Counted from the stretch's first letter, positions 1-8,123 are shown. The stretch is DNA of 32,000 nucleotides from Thermosulfurimonas dismutans (GCF_001652585.1 NZ_LWLG01000016.1:1-32000), one strand, 5' to 3'. Program-made: numbers and translations. Notes: generated by a model not told the origin, from the letters alone.

Positions 1-208
1 AGCCGTAATGGTTGAAGAAGTGAACGGGAATGTGCTTTTGAGTGAGAAACTCTAAGAGCCTTTTGTTAAGGGTTAGCTCCGAGAAGACCAGGATTTCCTC
101 CACCGTTTCCACTGGGATAACCTTCTTTTCCTCTTCGGTTATAAGGAGCAGGGTATTACCTTCGCGCTTGAGTTGACCGTTGCTGAAGATGTAAATTGGC
201 CGCTTCAT
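1..208 (-). CDS. cas1: Cas1 integrase, N-terminal part (gene runs off left edge of window)
   Basis: Not in the ORF track because it is open-ended. The reverse complement from ATG at 208 reads MKRPIYIFSNGQLKREGNTLLLITEEEKKVIPVETVEEILVFSELTLNKRLLEFLTQKHIPVHFFNHYG, a typical Cas1 N-terminus. Its ATG overlaps the cas4 stop (ATGA, 205-208). It sits directly after cas4 in the cas operon. Confidence 0.85.
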   Translation of the reverse strand, partial: MKRPIYIFSNGQLKREGNTLLLITEEEKKVIPVETVEEILVFSELTLNKRLLEFLTQKHIPVHFFNHYG

Positions 209-702
209 CCCCAACATACCTCCTCAAAGGAACAGGATCGGCAGTAGCGGATCTTTTTTGCCGCGGGTGGGTTCTCCGAAACAAGTATGGATTCCATTTC
301 GCGAATGAGGCCCTCCACCCGGTTTTCAAGTTCCGGATTAAGTACGAGGTGTTCGGTTTGGCGCTCTTTCGGAAAAAGCAGGATCCCTTCCATCGTAAGG
401 CCCTTTTCGTGCTTGAGATAATAGAGGTAGAAGGCCAACTGGAGACGGGCGGCTTCTTTGTGTTTGCCGGAGCGTTTCACCTCCGCCACCAGATCTCCGC
501 GAAAAAGATCTATCTTCAAGAGTTGATCTACTAGGACTTCCTTGCGAGAACGGCTGTAGGAGGTTTCGTGAACCAGGCGGCCGAGGTCGAGCAGAGGGTG
601 TTCTTGGTCGGGATTAAGGCGGTGGAAGTAAAACCAGGCCTCCCGCGGGCAAACCTGATAGGCATAGAAGATTGTGCCGTTGAGATGACGGAGAGAAAAC
701 AT
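205..702 (-). CDS. cas4: Cas4 RecB-like exonuclease
   Basis: 165 aa. One N-terminal Cys (YQVCPREAW) plus C-terminal CRSCSFEEVC gives the four-Cys Fe-S pattern of Cas4. An EVK nuclease motif is present (DLVAEVKRSGK). It lies between cas3 and cas1. Confidence 0.85.
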   Translation of the reverse strand: MFSLRHLNGTIFYAYQVCPREAWFYFHRLNPDQEHPLLDLGRLVHETSYSRSRKEVLVDQLLKIDLFRGDLVAEVKRSGKHKEAARLQLAFYLYYLKHEKGLTMEGILLFPKERQTEHLVLNPELENRVEGLIREMESILVSENPPAAKKIRYCRSCSFEEVCWG

Positions 703-715
703 TGTCCCTCTTGGC

Positions 716-2902
716 TCACCAGAGCTCGTATCCCTCCGGTGTTCCGTCCCCGGTCGGCGTGAGAAGCCCTTCCTCGGGATTGTAAGGAAGACGGGTCACG
801 AAAAGCCCAAAGTCTTCAGAGGGATAAAACCAATCCTTGAAGGTACGAAGCCACCAGATGGGCACCGGCACCAAAAGCTCTACCAAACGCCAGCCTTCTT
901 TTCGATCCTTCAAGGTCCAAGCCTCAGTGAGAAAGGTCTCCGGAAGCACTTCCACGGAGGGTGTACCTCTTCGGGTGGCAAAACGGGCCCGCAATTCTTC
1001 ATCGGCAAGGTCAATGGTATAGCACCCCAGTGTTTCCCGAATCTCCCGCAGGGTTTGACGCCCAAGTTCAAAATCTTCTTGGAAGGACTCCGTGCGAACA
1101 ATCTCTTCATAGAGACGGTTCACAGCGTCTACCCATTCCCTTTCTTGGGGAATTTCGGAAAGATTCTCCAGGAGAGAACGACTCCTTTCGAGGATACCTT
1201 TTGGATAAACCCGCTTGCTACCCTCTCCTACCAGGGTGAAAAATTTTGCCTTTGCTGGAGGCCTTGCCCCACGGCGGTTCACCCTTCCCAAACGTTGCAC
1301 GAGGGCATCGAGAGGGGCGAGCTCGGAAAATAGTACGTCGTATGAAATATCCAGGCTCACTTCGACCACCTGGGTGGACACAAGAATGGTACCTGCCTTC
1401 GCCTCCTTCACCATACTTTCCTTGGCCAACCGATCTCGAAATACGAAACGCGAATGAAAGAGGTGCACCGGACCGGAGTAACTTTTGCACAGAAGCCGAT
1501 AGATCTCCTGGGCCTCTAGAACGGTGTTGAGGATCACCAATACCTTCTGGCCCTTCTTGGCCGCGGAAATGATTTCCGGAAGGTTTTCTTTCAGAAAGCG
1601 GTGGACCGGAACCAGGCGATGACGTCTGCGAGAAAAGAACCGGTCTTCAGCCTCCATAAAGGCCGCGGTAGGAAACATTCTCAGCAGGGTTTTCGGCAAA
1701 GTGGCACTGGCAAAGGCTAGATATTTTCCGGGAAAGTCATTTAGGGCCTCCTTTAGGAGACCCAGAGTGTAAGGTTCGTACGAATGGATTTCGTCGAAGA
1801 CGAGGTGTGCCGAAGCGGAAAGCGTGAGCCTCTCTTCCCAATGTCTTCCGTGAAGACAAGCGAGGAGAAACTGATCAATGGTGGCCACGGTCACCGGTTT
1901 GGCAAAGACCGAAGAAGAAAGTCTCTCCCAGAGGAGGTCTTCCTCGGTTTCTCGGTGAAGGATATAAGAAGCGTGACCGTGAGCCAATCCCACCCTTTCC
2001 GGGCCGTAGATTTTGCGAAGCCGCTGATACATGGCGTTTACCGTGGCCTGGGTGGGAAGGAGATAGACGATGCGTTCCGCCTCACCGGCCCAGAGGAGCA
2101 AGGCCTCCGTCTTACCGGAGCCCGTGGGAGCCCTAAGGGCCAGGCTCTCCTTGGAAAGACGTCCGGCTCTTCTTTGAAACTGGTAAGGACTTAGGTTCCG
2201 GCACCGAAAATGATCTTCCACCGCACGGCGGCCGTTTTTCAGGAAAAGTTCTCCGGGATCTTTCTTTCCGGCGGAGACCAACCAATCCGCAAGACGGAGG
2301 ACGGCTTTCACCCGCGCAAAGCCCCATTGCGGGGCCTCTTTAAGCAGTCCGCGAAGACTGAACCGGCGTCCTTCTCTTTGAAAGTTAGCTTTTTCAAGAA
2401 GGAGCAAAGGCGGAATCCCCCGAACAGTTTTCAGGTCTCTTTCGAGATCGGGAAATTTATCCATGATAGATTTCAGTTTTCCAATCAGACAGGTTATTAG
2501 TTCCCTAAGTCCATCTTCGTATTCCGGCCTTGCTTCCCAGGTCCGATATAGGTCTCCGCCGAGCGGAGAATGGTGGCTGAGAACGGCCCCAGTAGCCAGG
2601 AAAGGTCCACCGAAAAGGACTTTTTCAGTCAGGAACACGAAGTTTAGGGAGGCCAGGGCATGGGGAAAGACCCGGGGTTTTAGCCGACGGGCCTCGGTCT
2701 CTTTCCCCTCGCCCAGGAGGCGCATGTAACGCTGAAAATCTCTGGTGGCCTTGCCCAGATCGTGAAATAGGGCCGCCAAAAAGGCGCGACAGGAAAGATC
2801 GGCGGAAAGACCGAGTTGTGAGGAAAGTTCCTTGGCGAGTTCGGCCACCTGGAGAAGGTGGTCCTTAAGGGAGACTTCCGGTTTAGCTAGGAGTTTAGCC
2901 AT
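716..2902 (-). CDS. cas3: Cas3 HD nuclease-helicase fusion
   Basis: 728 aa. N-terminal HD domain (LFHDLGKATRDF). Helicase motif I APTGSGKTEA, motif II DEIH, motif VI QRLGRVNRRG. The start overlaps the cas5 stop by 16 nt. Confidence 0.95.
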   Translation of the reverse strand: MAKLLAKPEVSLKDHLLQVAELAKELSSQLGLSADLSCRAFLAALFHDLGKATRDFQRYMRLLGEGKETEARRLKPRVFPHALASLNFVFLTEKVLFGGPFLATGAVLSHHSPLGGDLYRTWEARPEYEDGLRELITCLIGKLKSIMDKFPDLERDLKTVRGIPPLLLLEKANFQREGRRFSLRGLLKEAPQWGFARVKAVLRLADWLVSAGKKDPGELFLKNGRRAVEDHFRCRNLSPYQFQRRAGRLSKESLALRAPTGSGKTEALLLWAGEAERIVYLLPTQATVNAMYQRLRKIYGPERVGLAHGHASYILHRETEEDLLWERLSSSVFAKPVTVATIDQFLLACLHGRHWEERLTLSASAHLVFDEIHSYEPYTLGLLKEALNDFPGKYLAFASATLPKTLLRMFPTAAFMEAEDRFFSRRRHRLVPVHRFLKENLPEIISAAKKGQKVLVILNTVLEAQEIYRLLCKSYSGPVHLFHSRFVFRDRLAKESMVKEAKAGTILVSTQVVEVSLDISYDVLFSELAPLDALVQRLGRVNRRGARPPAKAKFFTLVGEGSKRVYPKGILERSRSLLENLSEIPQEREWVDAVNRLYEEIVRTESFQEDFELGRQTLREIRETLGCYTIDLADEELRARFATRRGTPSVEVLPETFLTEAWTLKDRKEGWRLVELLVPVPIWWLRTFKDWFYPSEDFGLFVTRLPYNPEEGLLTPTGDGTPEGYELW

Positions 2903-3612
2903 ACGAAATTGCGGTCACGAAAAGAATACGATTCAAGTTCCGGAAGTTCGAGCTCCGTTCCCAAGGGAATTAGGGTGAATACCTGACGGCGGAGAGGATG
3001 CCTCACTCCTTTCTTATCTACTTCAAAACGGAGAGGGAGCACCTCCACAGTTGGGGGCTCTATCCTCATCCCCGAAGCAAGTTTTACTCTGACTTCCATT
3101 TCCCGGATGTCGCCTGGGATCATCGTTCCGGAAAAGAGCGGGCCCCCCAGTTCAAAATTCGTTTCCTCCACCGTCTCTATCCGAGCCAGTTCATCTTCCC
3201 GCCCCAGAGAGAGCGGATAAGCGGGATCGAAAAAGGCCTCTCGGAGACGACAAAGAAGACCTTTGTCTCCGGCAAAAAGGATCGTGTAACGTGGGAAGAA
3301 AAGGAGTTCGCGAAAGTAAGGGGACCTCTCGGCAATCTTTTTGTTCTTTATCTTGAGGACCTTCCACATATCCCTGGTCACCGCCGGATCTCCGCCCGTC
3401 ACCCAAGAGGGTTCAAGAAGCACGGCGACCTTGAGGGAGGTAAGTGGGCTTCCGCGAGACCAGACTTCCCTTTCTGAAAGACCGAGAGCGGCCCCGGCAA
3501 GTCCCAGGCAGGTGGTCGGCGGGGGCAAAAGAAGGGTCCGCTGAAAATTTATGTCAAGCGGCCTCCGAAAGGAAGCCACCGGGGCTCTGAGGGTGACCGC
3601 TAGGCCTTCCAT
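2887..3612 (-). CDS. cas5: Cas5 (Cas5t-like, type I-B)
   Basis: 241 aa. The N-terminus LRAPVASFRRPLDINFQRTLLLPPPTTCLGLAGAALG matches the conserved Cas5 N-terminal pattern. It overlaps the cas7 stop by 13 nt and lies between cas7 and cas3. Confidence 0.85.
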   Translation of the reverse strand: MEGLAVTLRAPVASFRRPLDINFQRTLLLPPPTTCLGLAGAALGLSEREVWSRGSPLTSLKVAVLLEPSWVTGGDPAVTRDMWKVLKIKNKKIAERSPYFRELLFFPRYTILFAGDKGLLCRLREAFFDPAYPLSLGREDELARIETVEETNFELGGPLFSGTMIPGDIREMEVRVKLASGMRIEPPTVEVLPLRFEVDKKGVRHPLRRQVFTLIPLGTELELPELESYSFRDRNFVWLNS

Positions 3613-4550
3613 ACTTCCGATATATCCTTTTGGGCCGCCTCCAAAGCCTCGGAAAGGGTCATCACCGCACCGAAATCCGCAAGCTCCCGGTAGATTTCTT
3701 CCTCGTTGGCGAAGAAGCCCGCCTCGAGCCCGAAGAGAACCTTCTCCGCGCGATCCCGAAAGCGCTCTAGGGCGTTTTTGAGCGGAGGGATCAGGAGGCG
3801 GTATCTCCCCCGTTCAAACTCGGCCTCGAGGTTTTCCAGAAAAACCGGATGTTTCACCGAAAGCCGCGCGTAGGCCAGAAAACGCGGCGAGAGATCTACG
3901 AGCATCCGGGCCGTGCGCCCGCCTCCCCAGAGAAGGCCCAGAGCCTCAAGTAAAGCCTTTGCCCGGTTGGCCTTTTCCTCAGGAGGAAGATTGAAACGCC
4001 CATTGCTTCGCGAGATTTCCTCTGGAACTTCATCTTCGCGCACCTCGAGAGCGGTGAAACTGCCCAGACGATCAAGCACCAGCAAAACGGCCCCACGAAA
4101 GAGATTAGTATAGACTTCGGTCTCAAACATGTTCCCGCCCTCACTTATGGACTGGCCGAACTTTTCGAAAGAGCGCGTGCCGAGGTCCCGGTCACCCTGA
4201 AAGGAGAAGAGCCCCACGGCGGCCGAAACCCTCACCGGAGAAGTGCGGCGTCGGCCACCCGAAGGGTCGAGGTAACCGAAGAGGTCTTCGTCGATGAATT
4301 CCCAAGGTCTCACCGGCGGGGTGACCTCCTGGCCCGAAACTTCGCAGAAGGGCTCGGAAAGAGTCCAGCCGAGATCCTCCAGACGATCGCGGAGCATCCG
4401 CCTTATCGCCTGGCCGGAGATGTAGGGTATGGTGCTTCCATCTGGAAGAGTCACCTTTTTGGCTACTAACACGTTGCCCTCAGTATGGGAAGCGTTTACG
4501 TTTCCCGCTGAAACCTTGAAAAGGTAGCCCAGGCTTACCGCTTTACTCAT
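3600..4550 (-). CDS. cas7: Cas7 backbone subunit (Cst2/DevR family)
   Basis: 316 aa. VSAGNVNASHTEGNV...IPYISGQAIRRMLRDRL is the conserved Cst2/DevR-type Cas7 N-terminal signature. It follows cas8b with a 10-nt gap. Confidence 0.85.
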   Translation of the reverse strand: MSKAVSLGYLFKVSAGNVNASHTEGNVLVAKKVTLPDGSTIPYISGQAIRRMLRDRLEDLGWTLSEPFCEVSGQEVTPPVRPWEFIDEDLFGYLDPSGGRRRTSPVRVSAAVGLFSFQGDRDLGTRSFEKFGQSISEGGNMFETEVYTNLFRGAVLLVLDRLGSFTALEVREDEVPEEISRSNGRFNLPPEEKANRAKALLEALGLLWGGGRTARMLVDLSPRFLAYARLSVKHPVFLENLEAEFERGRYRLLIPPLKNALERFRDRAEKVLFGLEAGFFANEEEIYRELADFGAVMTLSEALEAAQKDISEVWKA

Positions 4551-4560
4551 CTTGTTCCTC

Positions 4561-4857
4561 CTACGATTGGCCTTTGTTTTGGGCCCGGAGATAGGCGTTC
4601 ATGGTATAGATGGAAAGGAGGGTTTTGACCCGCCTCCAGGGGCTCCCTTTTATGGACTCCCCGGGTTCCACCACTAGAAGATCCTCCGGCACGGTGAGTC
4701 TCAACCGATATTGCACGTCGTTGAGCACGCGGAAAAACTCGTCGAGGTTCTTGGCGTTGCGCAGGGCGTAGAGGAGCCCCATTTCGTTTTCGCGTTGGGC
4801 CGTACTTCCGAGGTTGTAACCGAATCCCCGGATGACCTTGAGCAGATCGGCATCCAT
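4561..4857 (-). CDS. Candidate internally translated Cas11-like small subunit (C-terminal 98 aa of cas8b reading frame)
   Basis: An in-frame ATG at 4857 is preceded by AAGGAGG (complement of 4867-4873) with 9-nt spacing. The product would be MDADLLKVIRGFGYNLG...RAQNKGQS. This is inference only. Confidence 0.3.
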   Translation of the reverse strand: MDADLLKVIRGFGYNLGSTAQRENEMGLLYALRNAKNLDEFFRVLNDVQYRLRLTVPEDLLVVEPGESIKGSPWRRVKTLLSIYTMNAYLRAQNKGQS

Positions 4858-5946
4858 TTCCAAGACCTCCTTGAGATAGACTTCAAGGACCTCTAAGGTC
4901 CCAAAGACCAAGGGCTTCTTATCCGCACCTTCGTAAAGGAATTCCTCCACGAAAGGGAGGGGATCACCCATCTCGAGGACCGCGGCGGAAATCCGGTCCC
5001 TCCAAATGGTGTGGAAGTTGCGTCCTTCCTTCTTCTGAAACTGCCGAAAGACGTTTTCGACTATTTTCTGAGGGCGGTCGTAATCTTCAAAGAGGTTGAT
5101 CCATTTTTTATAGAGGCGGTAGAGGGCCGCCAGACGACCGAATTCCTTGAAAAGTTGCATATTGAAGGCCTGACCGGGCTTTCCGGTAACCACGTAAAGG
5201 ACCAGAGGTTGGGCGGAACCGCCGTCCGAGGCCCCAAAAAGTTTTTTCAGGAGTTCCCGCGCCTCGGAAGAAAGCTTTTCGGCCTCCGGCGAATGACGGC
5301 GCACGTACGAGAAAAGCCTCAAGAGGAGGCCCCAGGCCGTCTCGTGAAGATACGGGCCGTAGAAGGCCAGAGGGACGTTCCTACCTTTTTCTTCCAGACG
5401 GAGAGAGTCAAAGACCTCGCGCTGGAGGCGTTCGAGATCCCATAGATCTCCGTGAAAACAAAAGATATGAAGGGCATCCCGTCCTTGGGCACACCAGAGC
5501 CAGCCGAGATAAGCGGCTAGACCGGCCACGGCACAGGTGGGACAAACCTTGAGCTCACGCTTGAGGCCCGGATAAAAGTTGGCGAACTTTCCGGGCTCCA
5601 CGACAAAGGGATAGTTCCACATCTTGGCCTTGGTTGAAGGAGCGATTTGGGCACAAATGTCGCAGGGCTCCTTTTTCCTGGAGAAGGAAAGTTTGAGTTC
5701 GTATCTAGGAGGATGAAGGAAATAGTCTTTACCGTCTATCTTGATCTTTTTGGGCTTAGGGTTGGCTTTAATAAAAAGGTTGGCAGGATAGCACCAATTT
5801 TTCTTGGGATACGTCTTTATTTCGCCGGTTTCTCGATCGAAGTATTCACCTTTGTTTCCTGTCGCATGAACGAGCTTTTCTAGTAAGCTATCGATGAGTT
5901 TCCGGTGATCGAATTCTCCCTCACCGAAGAGGCGATAGAGGACCAC
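4561..5946 (-). CDS. cas8b: Cas8b/Cst1-like large subunit (the true start is probably upstream of the GTG at 5946, see findings)
   Basis: 461 aa from GTG. Assigned by position immediately upstream of cas7-cas5-cas3. Cys pairs CDIC and CPTC are present. The in-frame upstream sequence (to 6012) encodes DKVTLDLSRPTGNFWIDNGLV, which resembles the conserved N-terminal motif of Cas8b/Cst1 proteins. Confidence 0.7.
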   Translation of the reverse strand: MVLYRLFGEGEFDHRKLIDSLLEKLVHATGNKGEYFDRETGEIKTYPKKNWCYPANLFIKANPKPKKIKIDGKDYFLHPPRYELKLSFSRKKEPCDICAQIAPSTKAKMWNYPFVVEPGKFANFYPGLKRELKVCPTCAVAGLAAYLGWLWCAQGRDALHIFCFHGDLWDLERLQREVFDSLRLEEKGRNVPLAFYGPYLHETAWGLLLRLFSYVRRHSPEAEKLSSEARELLKKLFGASDGGSAQPLVLYVVTGKPGQAFNMQLFKEFGRLAALYRLYKKWINLFEDYDRPQKIVENVFRQFQKKEGRNFHTIWRDRISAAVLEMGDPLPFVEEFLYEGADKKPLVFGTLEVLEVYLKEVLEMDADLLKVIRGFGYNLGSTAQRENEMGLLYALRNAKNLDEFFRVLNDVQYRLRLTVPEDLLVVEPGESIKGSPWRRVKTLLSIYTMNAYLRAQNKGQS

Positions 5947-6039
5947 CAGACCGTTGTCTATCCAAAAATTGCCAGTCGGACGGGAAAGGTCGAGGGTAAC
6001 CTTATCCGATATTCCTCGCTCTCCACCCCCCTGAAAAAA

Positions 6040-6048
6040 ATTATATCA
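6040..6048 (-). promoter_or_regulatory. Extended -10 promoter element TGATATAAT upstream of cas8b
   Basis: The minus strand reads TG-A-TATAAT 5 nt after the ATPase stop. It is followed by a G-rich SD (GGGGGGTGGAG, 6021-6030). It could drive cas8b-cas1 independently of cas6. Confidence 0.4.
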
Positions 6049-6053
6049 AAAAT

Positions 6054-7262
6054 TTAAGAACACATAAACCAGGGGCGGACAATTAGTCCTTCGCGTTCAA
6101 GGGTCCTTTCGCCGCCGTAGACCAAGACCCCGTGTTTCACTATTTTTCCGGCTAGTTTGCGGTAATAGAGAAGATTTCTGAGTTGATCGCGGGTTACGGT
6201 TTCTGCGGACTTGGCCTCCACCGGAATGAGTCTTACGCCCAAATCGAGGAGAAAATCGATTTCATGTCCGGTGCGATCTCGCCAGAAATAAAGCGGCGGC
6301 TCTTCGCCACGATGAGCAAAGGCCTTGTAAAGCTCGGAAAAGACGAAATTTTCAAAAATCGCCCCGCGAAGGGGATGGACTAGGACATCCTCAGGCTTCC
6401 TGATACCCAGGAGGTAGCACAGGAGGCCGGTATCGAAGAAATAGATCTTGGGCGATTTGATGAGTCTTTTTGAAAAATTTTGGTGATGGGGTTTCAAAAG
6501 ATGGACGATGAAGGCGGCCTGAAGCACTGAAAGCCATCTTCGCGCCGTGGTGTGCGAGATGCCGGTATCCGAAGCCAGGGAGGAGAGGTTGAGTACCTGT
6601 CCGACCCTTCCGGCACAAAGGCGGATGAATTTCTGAAAGGCTTCAAGGTTCCCGATGTTTAAGATCTCACGCACGTCCCGCTCCACATAGGCCATGTAAT
6701 AAGCCCCGAGCCATTCCCTTGCGGGAAGGCCTCGGGTGTGTACCGGAGGATAAAGCCCTTTAAAAAGAAGCTCCTCAAGCGAAAAAGGGGGCTTCGGGCG
6801 TGTTGGTGGCTCTTCGTCGAATCGTTCCGGATCAAGGGAGGCTTCTTCCAAGAGCTCCGCGAGACTAAAAGGCAAAAGTGTCAGAAAGAGGGTCCTTCCG
6901 GCAAGACTCTGGCTCACGCTTTGAAGGAGTTGAAAACGCCCCGAACCAGTGAAGATGAAACGCCCGGGCTGTGGATCTTCGTCAATGAGCGGCTGGAGAT
7001 AGGAAAGGAGTTCGGGAACACGCTGTATTTCGTCGAAAATGACGCGGCCATGGTATAGGCGCAGGAATCCGCGAGGGTCTTCCCGGGCAAAGGCGCGCTC
7101 CTCGGGATCTTCTAGGTTGACATATTGGTATTCCGGAAAAGTGATGCGCACCAGGGAGGTCTTTCCGGATTGACGCGGGCCGATGAGAGTGACGCTGGGA
7201 AACTTTTCCGCCGCCTTTTTTAAGCTGGCTTGCAGAATTCGGGGCTTGAATCTGGTCTCCAT
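6054..7262 (-). CDS. AAA+ ATPase with C-terminal PD-(D/E)xK-like domain (AAA_14 + DUF4143 architecture, COG1373-like)
   Basis: 402 aa. Walker A GPRQSGKTS, Walker B-like VIFDEIQ, FTGSG...SLAGR motif, wHTH-like segment ISHTTARRWLSVLQAAFIV. The C-terminal GHEIDFLL...IPVEAKS fits a D...ExK nuclease signature. Confidence 0.85.
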   Translation of the reverse strand: METRFKPRILQASLKKAAEKFPSVTLIGPRQSGKTSLVRITFPEYQYVNLEDPEERAFAREDPRGFLRLYHGRVIFDEIQRVPELLSYLQPLIDEDPQPGRFIFTGSGRFQLLQSVSQSLAGRTLFLTLLPFSLAELLEEASLDPERFDEEPPTRPKPPFSLEELLFKGLYPPVHTRGLPAREWLGAYYMAYVERDVREILNIGNLEAFQKFIRLCAGRVGQVLNLSSLASDTGISHTTARRWLSVLQAAFIVHLLKPHHQNFSKRLIKSPKIYFFDTGLLCYLLGIRKPEDVLVHPLRGAIFENFVFSELYKAFAHRGEEPPLYFWRDRTGHEIDFLLDLGVRLIPVEAKSAETVTRDQLRNLLYYRKLAGKIVKHGVLVYGGERTLEREGLIVRPWFMCS

Positions 7263-7268
7263 ACCCTC

Positions 7269-7297
7269 ATGTTGCCACTCCGCAATAATTTTGTCAA
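7269..7297 (-). promoter_or_regulatory. Candidate leaderless promoter of the ATPase gene (TTGACA-17-CAACAT-6-ATG)
   Basis: A consensus -35 lies at 7292-7297 (minus strand), inside the left arm of the inverted repeat. A weak -10 lies at 7269-7274. There is no correctly spaced SD before the ATG at 7262. Confidence 0.3.
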
Positions 7298-7327
7298 ATT
7301 GAATGTCGAAAGTTCAATTTGACAAAA
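7289..7327. repeat. Perfect 15-bp inverted repeat with 9-nt spacer: TTTTGTCAAATTGAA-tgtcgaaag-TTCAATTTGACAAAA
   Basis: Read directly from the sequence, 15 of 15 complementary positions. It lies in the 79-bp gap between the cas6 stop (7342) and the ATPase start (7262). Confidence 0.9.
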
Positions 7328-7341
7328 TAAGCCTAGTACTT

Positions 7342-8115
7342 CTATAGGCTGGTTTCGTATTGCTTTACCACCTCCACCATACCGAAGCCCTGGCTGTTTC
7401 TCGCCCCGAGGCCGGCATTGTAGGCCAGGGTAAAAAGGGGTTCGGGAAGTGAAAGCTCAAAAAGCCCGTCCCAGCCCTTGACCAGCGTATCTTTGAACCG
7501 CGTGATAACCTCTTTCTTAAGCTTCAGCGGGCGTAAGTAGGCCCCATCCTCAAGAGCGGGAAACACATCGGTTTGCTCCCCGTAAAAGGCCCGGGCCTTC
7601 CGCAGGAGGTTGTCAAACACCAGGCGCTCGAATTCCACCTCCGACGGATGAAAAAAACGGGTCTTCTTCCGGCCCTCAGGATCAAAGAAGGTGCGATGAA
7701 CCGTGATGGGCGAGAGAGTGCGAACCACCACTGGCCCCCTCGCCTCGGGTTGCATTTCCACCTCGATGGCCGCAAGGTGACAACTTTGCCCCTCAAGTCT
7801 CACCTCTCGCCGTTTGACCAGATGCGAGGCCAGTGACTCCAGAAATTCCACCTCCATGGCCCCGATCCAGAGATAGATTGGCCCCTTAAAGACAAGTTCT
7901 CGCCTTTCCGGAAGGTAGTGCGGGTTCCGGGAAATCAGGCGGGAGAAGGTGAAGAGTTTGAAGCGCCGCTTGTGGTAGGTGAACCCTTCCTCGTGGAATC
8001 GCCGGGCTAGAGCCTGGTCAAGATGATGGTAAATCATCCCCTGAATCAGGTGGTTGTAATGCACCTGAAGTATTAGCCGCCCCCCTATCGGCTCAAGCGT
8101 GAGTTTCAAGCGCAT
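7342..8115 (-). CDS. cas6: Cas6 crRNA endoribonuclease
   Basis: 257 aa. N-terminal pattern YNHLIQGMIYHHL...RRFKLFTFSRL and C-terminal glycine-rich loop GLGARNSQGFGMVEV are typical of Cas6. Confidence 0.85.
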   Translation of the reverse strand: MRLKLTLEPIGGRLILQVHYNHLIQGMIYHHLDQALARRFHEEGFTYHKRRFKLFTFSRLISRNPHYLPERRELVFKGPIYLWIGAMEVEFLESLASHLVKRREVRLEGQSCHLAAIEVEMQPEARGPVVVRTLSPITVHRTFFDPEGRKKTRFFHPSEVEFERLVFDNLLRKARAFYGEQTDVFPALEDGAYLRPLKLKKEVITRFKDTLVKGWDGLFELSLPEPLFTLAYNAGLGARNSQGFGMVEVVKQYETSL

Positions 8116-8123
8116 TCGGATCT

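Noticed and set aside
196-5883. Plus-strand ORFs overlapping the cas genes (for example 196-534, 1784-2194, 2998-3477, 5011-5445, 5647-5883)
   Set aside because: All lie antisense to well-supported cas genes. They have no SDs or motifs, and their compositions are typical of shadow frames.
6054-7341. ATPase gene as a mobile element (IS or transposon insertion) within the cas operon
   Set aside because: There is no transposase or integrase. I saw no terminal inverted repeats bracketing the gene and no target-site duplication. The single inverted repeat lies on one side only.
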